Origin: an uncultured Lachnospiraceae bacterium
GTDB taxonomy: Bacteria; Bacillota; Clostridia; Oscillospirales; CAG-272
NCBI GenBank assembly: GCA_964514555.1
Contig: CAZERM010000004.1
Location: 1 to 47,901, forward strand
Length of the DNA: 47,901 nucleotides
Reading direction: 5' to 3'
The notes under the pieces were generated by a model that was not told where the DNA came from, did not search any database, and saw only the letters and a program-made list of their open reading frames with translations. A program made the position numbers and the translations under genes. Of the stretch, positions 34,714-43,725 are shown piece by piece. The stretch's first letter is position 1, and each line of letters begins with the position of its first letter.

Positions 34714-37599
34714 ATGGCTATATCTTATGAAAAAAGCAGTGTAAACTTTGTTCCTGCCAAACCTCTTACAAGCCGTTTCGTTGCCCCTTGGGACACAAGC
34801 GGTTGGTATTACGTAAGCCCCAATTTTGATATCGGCTCCAAGCTTTATTCCAACAGCGACGATGTTGTTGCCGCTCTTCCCGAAAAATATATCGGCGCAG
34901 ACCAGGTCGTAACATTCAACTCGTTCGCGGACGGATTTGACGATAAACAGGAGGTAGATTTCTTTGCTGAACGTGATATAACGGTATTCGTTGCGTTCGA
35001 TGCAAAAAATATCCCCGAATATGCTTCCGAATGGAACGCAACAGGCGATGTTATGACATCCTCCAAGGGCGTTGAATATGCTATCTATTCCAAAGATTTC
35101 GCAGAGGGCGTTCACGTGAATGTCCCCGGCATCAAGGGCGAGAGCAACCATTTTTCCGTTTTTGTTCTTCCCAAAGAATATGAGATCGGCACAACACCCG
35201 TTCCCGAAACGGTCATCGCAAAAAATATCCCTGCTCCTTACAAAAAGAGAACATATAAAAACTATATCACAGATGTATTCAACGGCGAAGCTATCGGTGC
35301 TGAATATGATGTTTGCGGCGATGTTAAACTCGTTGCTCGTGAAGAAGAAAACAGAGATAAATTCGCTATGCTTTGCGGCGAAGCTTCCATTGCTCGCGCT
35401 ATCGACGGTACAGACAGAATTATCGCAAGCGCAAAGATAAACATCGGCGAAGAAGGTGCGGCTTCCTTCACTATCATCGGTGAAAACGGCGCACTTTGCA
35501 AAGTATCCTTCGAAAACGGCAAGATACTTTCTCTCGGTGCCAAGATTGGCACGTATGAAAACGGCGCTGACGTTGCCCTCCGCATCGTTTACAACGGTGA
35601 AAAGGGTTGCGCCGACTTGTTCGTAAATTGCCGCAAGGCTCTTACGGCAGGCTGCGGCACAGGCAACGCAAAAGCTGTAAGATTTGCAACAACGAGCGGC
35701 AGTGCAAGCATCGACAACCTCGTTGTTTCCGATGATGCCGAGATCTACGTTGTAAACGACGATTTCGAACACATCACAGAGCGCGTAACGGCAAAGAGCA
35801 ACAACGCGGAAGTTACGGTTGAAGCATATCCTTTCAAGGATTCCAAAGCGTTCAAGATCGCTTCCAAGGACGAAAACGCCGCTTCCATGGCGTACACATT
35901 CGCTCCTGTTTCAGGTGTTGTAAGCGTTGAATCTCTTCTCGTTGCAAATTCCGAAGAATTTTGCTTCGCGCCCGAATTGACAGACAAAAACGGCACTCCT
36001 GCCGTAAGAATAGCGCTCTTCGCAAATAACCTTTATGCTTCAAACGGCGATGAATTCGTTCGTATATTCGGCGGACTTTGCGAATTCCACTATTTCCCCT
36101 GCAAGAATGCCATCAATATCAAAGTTACCGTTGACACGGAAAAGGGCACATACGATCTTATGGTAGACGGCGCTTACCGCGCAAAGGGCTTCAAGCTCAT
36201 GAACCCTGTTTCCGATATCTGCAACGCTGTTTATTCCGCAGGCAAAGACGGTCTTACGCTCATGCGTATCCGCGTTTACGATGATGTTGACTTCACAAGA
36301 GGCATGATCCCCAACGCGCCTGTATTCGATGTAACAAAAGCGCCCTACAACGCTATCGGCGACGGCAAGACGCTCGAAACAGCAAAAGTACAGCAGGCTA
36401 TCAATGATGCCGCATTCACAGGCGGTACGGTACTTCTTCCTCGCGGCACGTTCTTCACGGGCGAGCTTTTCCTTGCCAGCGACATGACTCTCTGGGTAGA
36501 CAGAGATGCAACTATCCTCGGCACACATGATCACGGCGAATATCCTCTTATGGAGCCGGGCACGAGCCTTTGCGCTGTTCGTCAGCTTGGCAGAAGCCTT
36601 GTTTACGGCGAAAATGTTTCCAACGTGCGTGTTACGGGCGGCGGTATGCTCGACGGAAACGGCACATATCGTTTCAAGATGAACGACCCCATCTCCGAAA
36701 AGAGAGTTGAAGATTGCCGTCCCGACCTTTGCTATATCACATATTCCAAAGATATCGTTATCGAGAACATCAACTTCAAGAGCCCCGGCTTCTGGACAGT
36801 TGTTCCGCTTTCTTCACACAACATCATCATGCACCACCTCAACCTCGATTGCCTCAATACGCCTAACCGCGACGGTATCGACCCTGTTGACTGCCATGAT
36901 ATGACTATCTACTCCTGCAATGTAATGGCAGGCGACGATGGTCTCTGCTTCAAGAGCTCCGACCCCTACGGCTGCGAAAACATCGATGTTTACGATATGA
37001 TGATCCAGAGCCTTGCTTCAGGTATCAAATTCGGTACAGATACATATTACAGCCTTAAAAATACTCACGTTCGTGATTGCTTCGTTAAGAATGTAAACAG
37101 ATGCGGCGTTTCCCTTGAAAGTGTTGACGGCGCAGACGTTGAAAACGTAGTATTCGAACGTATCAGCATGACAGACGTAGGCGCCCCCGTTTACATCACT
37201 GTCGGCGACAGAAAGAGATGCCCCAGAGGCGGCGCAGAACCTCGCCTCGGTCATATCGACGGCGTAACATTCAGCGAGCTTCGCTTTGAACATTACTATC
37301 CGTTCAGCCATACAAAGCACGTTCGCGAAGTAATGGCTATCGGTCAGTATGACAACGCAAGCATCGACAACGTAACATTCAAAGATTGCTACTTTGTTCT
37401 TCCCGGCGGCGCGCAGACTATCCCCGGCGAACCCAAGGTAATAGACAACCGCTATCCCGAATACGACAGACACGGCGCTTCCACAGGACACGCTTTTACG
37501 GTCAAATACGCAAACAACTTCCGCGTTGAAAACTGCGAGATCAAGCTCGAAGAGCCTGATGTAAGACCTCAGATCGCATTCTACGAATACGGCAAATAA
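34714..37599 (+). CDS. Large beta-helix glycoside hydrolase (GH28/pectate-lyase-3-like C-terminal half) with an uncharacterised N-terminal half
   Basis: AGGAGA RBS. 961 aa with no signal peptide. From about residue 520: YNAIGDGKTLETAKVQQAINDA..GGTVLLPRGTF, NRDGIDP and AGDDGLCFKS, which are GH28-type catalytic Asp motifs. Confidence 0.85.
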   Translation: MAISYEKSSVNFVPAKPLTSRFVAPWDTSGWYYVSPNFDIGSKLYSNSDDVVAALPEKYIGADQVVTFNSFADGFDDKQEVDFFAERDITVFVAFDAKNIPEYASEWNATGDVMTSSKGVEYAIYSKDFAEGVHVNVPGIKGESNHFSVFVLPKEYEIGTTPVPETVIAKNIPAPYKKRTYKNYITDVFNGEAIGAEYDVCGDVKLVAREEENRDKFAMLCGEASIARAIDGTDRIIASAKINIGEEGAASFTIIGENGALCKVSFENGKILSLGAKIGTYENGADVALRIVYNGEKGCADLFVNCRKALTAGCGTGNAKAVRFATTSGSASIDNLVVSDDAEIYVVNDDFEHITERVTAKSNNAEVTVEAYPFKDSKAFKIASKDENAASMAYTFAPVSGVVSVESLLVANSEEFCFAPELTDKNGTPAVRIALFANNLYASNGDEFVRIFGGLCEFHYFPCKNAINIKVTVDTEKGTYDLMVDGAYRAKGFKLMNPVSDICNAVYSAGKDGLTLMRIRVYDDVDFTRGMIPNAPVFDVTKAPYNAIGDGKTLETAKVQQAINDAAFTGGTVLLPRGTFFTGELFLASDMTLWVDRDATILGTHDHGEYPLMEPGTSLCAVRQLGRSLVYGENVSNVRVTGGGMLDGNGTYRFKMNDPISEKRVEDCRPDLCYITYSKDIVIENINFKSPGFWTVVPLSSHNIIMHHLNLDCLNTPNRDGIDPVDCHDMTIYSCNVMAGDDGLCFKSSDPYGCENIDVYDMMIQSLASGIKFGTDTYYSLKNTHVRDCFVKNVNRCGVSLESVDGADVENVVFERISMTDVGAPVYITVGDRKRCPRGGAEPRLGHIDGVTFSELRFEHYYPFSHTKHVREVMAIGQYDNASIDNVTFKDCYFVLPGGAQTIPGEPKVIDNRYPEYDRHGASTGHAFTVKYANNFRVENCEIKLEEPDVRPQIAFYEYGK

Positions 37600-37603
37600 T
37601 ATA

Positions 37604-37638
37604 CAAAAAAACGCACCGTAAGGTGCGTTTTTTTTTTC
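37604..37638 (+). terminator. Intrinsic terminator after the GH28-like gene
   Basis: AAAAAAACGCACC-GTAA-GGTGCGTTTTTTTTTT. Confidence 0.8.
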
Positions 37639-37650
37639 CTCCTTAATTAA

Positions 37651-37786
37651 GCTTTTCTCGGTCGATCAGCGAGATAGCACCTTCTGCCATACAAACACTT
37701 TGTTGTTTCATCGTAAAGAATGTGTCATGGATGAAATTTGAACCAAGCGAAACTTGCTTTTGCCATGTTGAATATATGAGGCGATG
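37651..37786 (-). repeat. Copy C (truncated, reverse orientation) of the dispersed intergenic repeat family
   Basis: The reverse complement reads GGCAAAAGCAAGTTTCGCTTGGTTCAAATTTCATCCATGACACATTCTTTACGATGAAACAACAAAGTGTTTGTATGGCAGAAGG..GACCGAGAAAAGC. This aligns block by block with copy B (GGCAAAAG..CAGGTTTACCGCTTGG..TCGAATTTTATCTATGACA..GAATAACAACGCATTTGTAGGGCGAGGG..GACCAAGAAAA). Confidence 0.5.
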
Positions 37787-37834
37787 GATAATTGTGTAGA
37801 TGTTACAATAAAATTTTGAAATCGTTTTAATATA

Positions 37835-37863
37835 TTGACAAAATGTGAACGATGTGATAGAAT
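37835..37863 (+). promoter_or_regulatory. Sigma-A-type promoter for the metalloprotease gene
   Basis: TTGACA, 17-bp spacer, TAGAAT, with an upstream TG (extended -10). Confidence 0.5.
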
Positions 37864-37900
37864 ACCCACAAAATAAGCAAACGGAAAGGTCTGTATTTTT

Positions 37901-40060
37901 ATGAAATTCAAACGAATATTAGCATCGCTTATGACGGCTGCAACAGTGTTAAGTTTTGCGGCTTGCAGTGGCACGGGAACTAGCAACACAGGATCGACAG
38001 GCGGCACCGACGGCACGAGCTCCTCCGACATTTCGACCATAGTTGAGCAGGTATTGGCAACGGAAGCCGTAAAGAAAGACGATCCCATTTTATTGCCTCT
38101 CGATGAGATAGCAAACGCTGTTTCCATTGAAGCAAAGCCCATAACGAGCACGCTCGAGATACCGCTTTTGGTCATCCTTGCGAACTTTGATGCGGACGGC
38201 GACGGCGAAAATGACTGGGACGAAACGAATCCCTCAAAGCTTTACAGCGATAAAACGCAGAAATATTACGGCGAACAGTGGGCAGGTTCCGATATCTCTG
38301 AGCATTACGAACTTTATTTCGGCGGCGAATATTCTCTTACGAATTTTTATGAGGAAATGACGATGGGCGCGTTCAAATATGTTCCCATTCCTTTTGACGT
38401 CGTTCCCGAAGGTTCACCCTTCAAGGACGGCATCATAGAAGTTACGGTAAGTATGCCTCATCCTTCAGCTTCCGGCTTGGCAGGCGAATCTATCACAGCT
38501 GTATTTGAAGCGACAGACCCTTATATAGATTATTCCAAATATGACACGAACAAAAACGGTAAGATCGATGCAACGGAACTTGGCGTTGTTATCCTCAACC
38601 CCGGTATGGACAAAGCGTACGGCACCAATACCATGGGCGGCAGACATTATTTCCAAGTTCACGGAACATCCCAGAGCTTGAACGCAAAAATGGACGGCGT
38701 AACATTCTCTAAAGTTTCCAACATCGGCGAATACGGCAAGGGCGCAACAGACATTATGCAGATAGGCACAGCCGCGCACGAGCTTGCTCACAACCTCGGT
38801 GCAGAGGACCTTTACGACACGAACAGAAACGGTCATGGCGGTCAGACTATCACGGGTTGGCCCCGTGCATACAATTTCTCTCTTGAATCCAACGGCAACC
38901 ATGTTTCCAACGGTAAGATGCCCACATACCTTGACCCTTACCACAGGATTTTCCTCGGTTGGGCAGAAGAAGTCGTTGTTGAGGACGGCGTTTACACTAT
39001 CCATTCGACAGTTTCCGACAAATACACGGTTCTTCGCGTAAACACGCCCGACCCCGGCGAATATTACCTTATCGAAGTTCGCTTGAAAGAAAGCTTTGAA
39101 GCGAATCTTACAGGCGGCGATTCCAAGGGCGGTATCATGGTTTGGCACATAGACCAGGACCTTTGCAACAGATATTTTGAAGAAGGCAGTGCTTCCACAT
39201 CGACTATGCTCAACGGCAAGCGCCATGACCCTGCAATCGTTCCGCTCTTTAGAGTGGGATATGACGCAAACGGTCGCTATATGAAAGATACGGCACCGAA
39301 AGATCCTTTCTACTATTACGACGAAAATGACCTTTCCAAAGCTGTCTTCGATTCGGGCAATTTCCGTTCCGTAACAAACGGCACACAGTCCCTTAACTCT
39401 TACCCCAAATCTTGGGAAGGCAAGCAGAATTATAACCTCCACATCGAAGTGCTTAGCGCTCCCGGTGAAGCGATGACTATCAAGATAACATCGGGCACAA
39501 AGGATTATCTCCCTAACCTCGGCGCTATCTGCGACGAAAAAACGCACGATACTTTGACGATAAAGGGTGAGATCTCCTCCTGGAACGCAGCTGAATACAT
39601 AGCTTCCGCTATCGCTATCTCCAAGAGCGAGGATTTTTCCGAAGCATATGTGGCGAAGAATGCTGTTTTGTCCGACGATGGAGATTTTTTCTCCGTAACA
39701 TTCGATGGTTTGGACCCCGAAACACAGTATTACTACAAGGCTTATATGCAGACAACAAATGGCTACGTTGAGGCGACAGGCGTTACAAAAACGAATTCCG
39801 CTCCCAAGGAAAAGACGGAAATAAGCGTAACGCTCTTTGGCGATACGACAACCGACAAGGGCTATTCCATCAAAGCAAAATACGGTTCTGCGCTCAAGAT
39901 ACCCTCCGGCTGGCTCAAGAGCTTGAACAGCAAGCACGCAGGATATGTTATCGAAAACTGGTACTATGACGCGGAATTTACAAAGCCTTATGACATGAAC
40001 GCTATCATCGAAAAAGGCACGGAAGATTTCTCTCTCTACGCAAAATGGGTAGAAGAATAA
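37901..40060 (+). CDS. M6 (immune inhibitor A-like) metalloprotease lipoprotein with C-terminal repeat domains
   Basis: Lipobox SFAACSG followed by a Gly/Ser/Thr linker. HELAHNLGAEDLYD (HExxH plus DLYD, as in M6 peptidases). The C-terminal GYVIENWYYDAEFTKPYD resembles the Listeria-Bacteroides repeat. Confidence 0.8.
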   Translation: MKFKRILASLMTAATVLSFAACSGTGTSNTGSTGGTDGTSSSDISTIVEQVLATEAVKKDDPILLPLDEIANAVSIEAKPITSTLEIPLLVILANFDADGDGENDWDETNPSKLYSDKTQKYYGEQWAGSDISEHYELYFGGEYSLTNFYEEMTMGAFKYVPIPFDVVPEGSPFKDGIIEVTVSMPHPSASGLAGESITAVFEATDPYIDYSKYDTNKNGKIDATELGVVILNPGMDKAYGTNTMGGRHYFQVHGTSQSLNAKMDGVTFSKVSNIGEYGKGATDIMQIGTAAHELAHNLGAEDLYDTNRNGHGGQTITGWPRAYNFSLESNGNHVSNGKMPTYLDPYHRIFLGWAEEVVVEDGVYTIHSTVSDKYTVLRVNTPDPGEYYLIEVRLKESFEANLTGGDSKGGIMVWHIDQDLCNRYFEEGSASTSTMLNGKRHDPAIVPLFRVGYDANGRYMKDTAPKDPFYYYDENDLSKAVFDSGNFRSVTNGTQSLNSYPKSWEGKQNYNLHIEVLSAPGEAMTIKITSGTKDYLPNLGAICDEKTHDTLTIKGEISSWNAAEYIASAIAISKSEDFSEAYVAKNAVLSDDGDFFSVTFDGLDPETQYYYKAYMQTTNGYVEATGVTKTNSAPKEKTEISVTLFGDTTTDKGYSIKAKYGSALKIPSGWLKSLNSKHAGYVIENWYYDAEFTKPYDMNAIIEKGTEDFSLYAKWVEE

Positions 40061-40080
40061 ACAAATATTAAAAGCATGAT

Positions 40081-40111
40081 CGGCAGAGGGTTTTCTCTGC
40101 CGATTTTTTTT
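40081..40111 (+). terminator. Intrinsic terminator after the metalloprotease gene
   Basis: CGGCAGAG-GGTTTT-CTCTGCCG, followed by ATTTTTTTT. Confidence 0.8.
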
Positions 40112-40136
40112 AATTAAAAATTTTGATCTATATAAT

Positions 40137-40392
40137 CTTTTCTTTGCCTGCAAGAAAAGCTGGCAAAAGAAGCAGAAAAACTTGCAGGTTTACCGCTTGG
40201 GGAGAGCTGCATCAAAAATAATGGCTGTATGCGATTGTCTCGAATTTTATCTATGACATGACACAATTTTACACTCGAATAACAACGCATTTGTAGGGCG
40301 AGGGCTTGCTCTTGTCGCAAAGCCTTCTCCGGTGTGATAAGGTGGCAACCGAAGGTTGACGGATGAGGTGTTTTCTCGAAGACCAAGAAAAA
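40137..40392 (+). repeat. Copy B of the dispersed intergenic repeat family with terminal hairpins/inverted repeats
   Basis: The left end CTTTTCTTTGCCTGCAAGAAAAGCTGGCAAAAG matches the reverse complement of the right end of copy A at about 30/33 positions. The right end is TTTTCTCGAAGACCAAGAAAA. The copy sits between the terminators of two convergent genes. Confidence 0.65.
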
Positions 40393-40402
40393 TTTATTAA
40401 AG

Positions 40403-40440
40403 TGAAAAAAAACAAAGCCTGTCCGAGGGGGACAGGCTTT
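40403..40440 (-). terminator. Intrinsic terminator of recO (bidirectional hairpin)
   Basis: AGCCTGTCC-GAGGG-GGACAGGCT, with a T-run on the minus strand (TTGTTTTTTTT) and CTTTTT on the plus strand. Confidence 0.75.
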
Positions 40441-40450
40441 TTGAATATAT

Positions 40451-41254
40451 TCAAGTAAGTTGATGATAAAATTCGAGCGTGGGGAAGCTTCGTTCGAGGT
40501 GGCAAAGCAGATATTTTTCGCAAAGGACAGAAAAATCGTGCAACGCATCTTCTTCGAGCGAGAAAGAGAATATCCTCTCTTGCGGCGCGGAAAGCGCATA
40601 TATCACTGCGGAAAATACGCTCGGTGAGACCTGCACTATAAGATGCGCGTTGGCATAGATACCCTCTGCCTCGTTTACCTTTTTTGCCTCATCGCTGTAA
40701 AATATCTCGCGTGCGTGGTAACATTCCTCACAAAGGAATATGCCGTTTGCTATGTCGAAAAAATATGTCGGCAGCGGCGCTTTACCGCATACATCACACC
40801 CCGAAAGGCGCGGCAAAAAGCCTGCGTAGCAGACTGCGCGAAGCTCAAATACCGCTTTGATGAGCGGCAGAGGCTTTTTGTTTTTCGCTATCGCAAAAAG
40901 CGTGTTGAGCGTCAGGCGCAAAAGCTTTGCTTCGTCTGTGTTTTCCGTGGATATATCTCGCGCTACCTCGGCGACATATCCTGCCAGAGCGGAGCCTTCC
41001 AAAGTGTTACGCAGATCGAAGAAGCCCTCTATAAGCGAGCCGTCGTTGATATAGAACACTTCGGACGTTTTACGCAGGACAAATTCCGAATAGCAGAACA
41101 TTTGCGTGGAAACGAAAAAAGGACTTTTCATCTTCTTTGCTCCGCGAGCAAACACGGATATCCTGCCATGCTCCGCGGTCAGCACCGTGAGCATCTTATC
41201 GAAATCACCCACGGGGGTTTCGCGCAGAACGAGTCCCTTTACCGTTATAAGCAT
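40451..41254 (-). CDS. recO: DNA repair protein RecO
   Basis: 267 aa. N-terminal OB-fold pattern (VKGLVLRETPVGDFDKMLTVLT..GRISVFARGAKK) and a Cys4 zinc motif (CDVC..CEEC). It follows era. Confidence 0.9.
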   Translation of the reverse strand: MLITVKGLVLRETPVGDFDKMLTVLTAEHGRISVFARGAKKMKSPFFVSTQMFCYSEFVLRKTSEVFYINDGSLIEGFFDLRNTLEGSALAGYVAEVARDISTENTDEAKLLRLTLNTLFAIAKNKKPLPLIKAVFELRAVCYAGFLPRLSGCDVCGKAPLPTYFFDIANGIFLCEECYHAREIFYSDEAKKVNEAEGIYANAHLIVQVSPSVFSAVIYALSAPQERIFSFSLEEDALHDFSVLCEKYLLCHLERSFPTLEFYHQLT

Positions 41255-41269
41255 ATTATGCTCCTTTTA

Positions 41270-42154
41270 TCAGTTCTCGTCTTTAAAGCCGAAGTTGGCA
41301 ATAGCCGCGTTCTGTTCGCGCCAATTTTCTTTTACTTTTACCCAAAGATCAAGGAATACTTTGATGCCGAATATTTTTTCCATATCTTCGCGAGCCATCG
41401 TGCCGATGCGCTTGAGCATATCGCCGTGCTTACCGATGATGATGGGTTTGTGAGATTCTTTTTCGCAGAATATTTCGGCGCGTATCTTTATGAGTTTGGA
41501 GCTTTCTTCGAAAGATTCGATAACGACAGCAACACCGTGGGGAATCTCCTCGGAGAGCAAGCGAAGGATCTTTTCACGGATCATCTCGGCAGCCATAGCG
41601 CGTTCGGGCTGGTCTGTACAGATATCTTCGGGGAAGAACCAGGGGCTTTCGTTGGAATATTTGGAAAGTTCGTCAACGATAGCGTCAACACCTTCATTAT
41701 TCTTTGCGGAGATCGGAACTACGGCGTCAAATTCGCGCTCTGCGGAATAGCGGATGATAGTTTCGGCGATCTCTGTTGCGTTGCTCACGTCTGTCTTATT
41801 GATAACGAGGATGAGAGGTGTGGAAGCATCTACTTTTTTCATGATGCTCTTTTCAACTTCGCCAACGCGGTTGCCGCTCTCTACAACAAGGATAACAGCG
41901 TCAACGTCGCCGATAGCGCCGTTTGCTTCTTTTACCATGTAGGAGCCGAGCTTATCCTGGGGGCGGTGGATACCGGGAGTATCAAGAAAAACAAACTGTG
42001 TTTCGTCTTTCGTAAGGATACCCGTTATTCTCGTACGAGTAGTCTGAGGTTTGGGGGAAACGATAGCTACCTTCTGACCGAGGATAGCGTTGAGGAGAGT
42101 GGATTTACCTGTGTTAGGTCTGCCGACGATAGCGGCAAATATTGTTTTCTGCAT
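41270..42154 (-). CDS. era: GTPase Era
   Basis: GRPNTGKST, DTPG and NKTD G-motifs plus a C-terminal KH domain. Confidence 0.95.
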   Translation of the reverse strand: MQKTIFAAIVGRPNTGKSTLLNAILGQKVAIVSPKPQTTRTRITGILTKDETQFVFLDTPGIHRPQDKLGSYMVKEANGAIGDVDAVILVVESGNRVGEVEKSIMKKVDASTPLILVINKTDVSNATEIAETIIRYSAEREFDAVVPISAKNNEGVDAIVDELSKYSNESPWFFPEDICTDQPERAMAAEMIREKILRLLSEEIPHGVAVVIESFEESSKLIKIRAEIFCEKESHKPIIIGKHGDMLKRIGTMAREDMEKIFGIKVFLDLWVKVKENWREQNAAIANFGFKDEN

Positions 42155-42194
42155 ATTTTTGATTCCTTATCTTTAAAAATGTATTTATGTTTGT

Positions 42195-42674
42195 TTAGTC
42201 TCTTGTAAGTCCGATGGAAGAAAGGACTTCTTCCTGTGTTTCGTTCATGTATTTTTCGTCTTCCTCGCTCGTTTCGTGGTCATAACCCAAAAGATGGAGC
42301 GTGGAATGAACGGCGAGGAAGCATACTTCGCGGAAGATGCTGTGGCCGTATTCATTGGCCTGCTCAACGGCTTTTTCCGTTGAGATGATGATATCGCCGA
42401 GCATTACGGAGTTTGTGGCAACATCGACTTCGCCCTCAAATCCGTTTTCCCACATGGGGAAAGAGAGGACGTCCGTGGGGCGGTCCTTGCCGCGATATTC
42501 CTTGTTGAGCTTGTGTATCTTTCTGTTGTTCACGAAAGTTACGGAGACTTCGGCGTTTTTGGAAAATTTCTCGTGTGCGAGCGTTGCTTTTATTGCTTTT
42601 TTCACGAGATAATGTGTCTGAAAGCCTATCTTATATCTTTTTTGGTCATTTGTGAAGTAAACGGTAGTTTTCAT
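42195..42674 (-). CDS. ybeY: rRNA maturation endoribonuclease YbeY
   Basis: HSTLHLLGYDH zinc-binding motif. 159 aa. Confidence 0.92.
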   Translation of the reverse strand: MKTTVYFTNDQKRYKIGFQTHYLVKKAIKATLAHEKFSKNAEVSVTFVNNRKIHKLNKEYRGKDRPTDVLSFPMWENGFEGEVDVATNSVMLGDIIISTEKAVEQANEYGHSIFREVCFLAVHSTLHLLGYDHETSEEDEKYMNETQEEVLSSIGLTRD

Positions 42675-43717
42675 TGTCTGTTCCTCTTGTTCAATAACTT
42701 ATAGCGTTCGTTTTTACTTTTTTCCTTTTCCGCGTCAAGCTTTTCCTTGTTGGCACGTTCGTATCTGTCATAAGCCATGACTATCTGCTGGACGAGCTTG
42801 TGGCGAACTACGTCGCGCTCGTTAAATTCATGGATGGCAATGTCATCTATGCCGCGCAATATCTTCATAGCCTCGACAAGACCGCTTTTTTTGCCGTAAG
42901 GAAGGTCTACCTGAGTAACGTCGCCCGTGATGATGGCGCGGCTTCCCGAGCCGAGTCGGGTAAGGAACATCTTCATCTGTTCGGGTGTGGTGTTCTGTGC
43001 TTCGTCGAGGATGATGAAAGAATCGTCGAGCGTTCTGCCTCGCATATAAGCAAGGGGCGCTATCTCTATGGAGCCGCGCTCGATAAACTTTTGGTATGTT
43101 TCCGCGCCGAACATCTCAAAAAGAGCATCGTAAAGAGGGCGGAGATAAGGGTCTATCTTCATCTGAAGATCGCCGGGCAAAAAGCCGAGCTTTTCGCCTG
43201 CTTCAACAGCGGGGCGCGTGAGGATTATGCGCGATACTTCTTTGTTGCGGAACGCCGTAGAAGCCGCGGCGACCGCAAGGAACGTTTTACCCGTGCCGGC
43301 AGGACCGACACCGAAAACGATGGTATTTTTCTTTATAAGGTCGATATATTTTTTCTGACCCATGGTGCGTGCTTTTATCGGTTTGCCCTGTGTCGTAACG
43401 CAGATGCAATCGTCGCCGAAGCGTTCGAGTTTTTCGCCGCTTCTTATCGTTCCGATGATATAATCGACAGTTTGATCGGTTATCTCGTTGCCGCGCTCTG
43501 CAACGCCTTTGAGATATTCGAGCACGCTGTATGCGTGTTCAACGGCTTCCTCGTCCTCGGCACGCACGACTATTGCATCCCCGAGAGTTTTTTCGGTCTT
43601 TCTGTTGGTTATGGAAACACCGAACGCTTTTTCTATCATGGCGGTGTTTGCATCGAAATTACCGAAGATATTGGCTGTTTGCTCCATTGTGTCTGTAAGA
43701 AGAACTTTTTCGTTCAT
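42671..43717 (-). CDS. phoH: PhoH-family ATPase
   Basis: Walker A GPAGTGKT and Walker B IILDEAQN. Start placed at Met21 of the track ORF, which has a GGAGG RBS. Its stop codon overlaps the ybeY start codon. Confidence 0.9.
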   Translation of the reverse strand: MNEKVLLTDTMEQTANIFGNFDANTAMIEKAFGVSITNRKTEKTLGDAIVVRAEDEEAVEHAYSVLEYLKGVAERGNEITDQTVDYIIGTIRSGEKLERFGDDCICVTTQGKPIKARTMGQKKYIDLIKKNTIVFGVGPAGTGKTFLAVAAASTAFRNKEVSRIILTRPAVEAGEKLGFLPGDLQMKIDPYLRPLYDALFEMFGAETYQKFIERGSIEIAPLAYMRGRTLDDSFIILDEAQNTTPEQMKMFLTRLGSGSRAIITGDVTQVDLPYGKKSGLVEAMKILRGIDDIAIHEFNERDVVRHKLVQQIVMAYDRYERANKEKLDAEKEKSKNERYKLLNKRNRQ

Positions 43718-43725
43718 TAAAAGAT

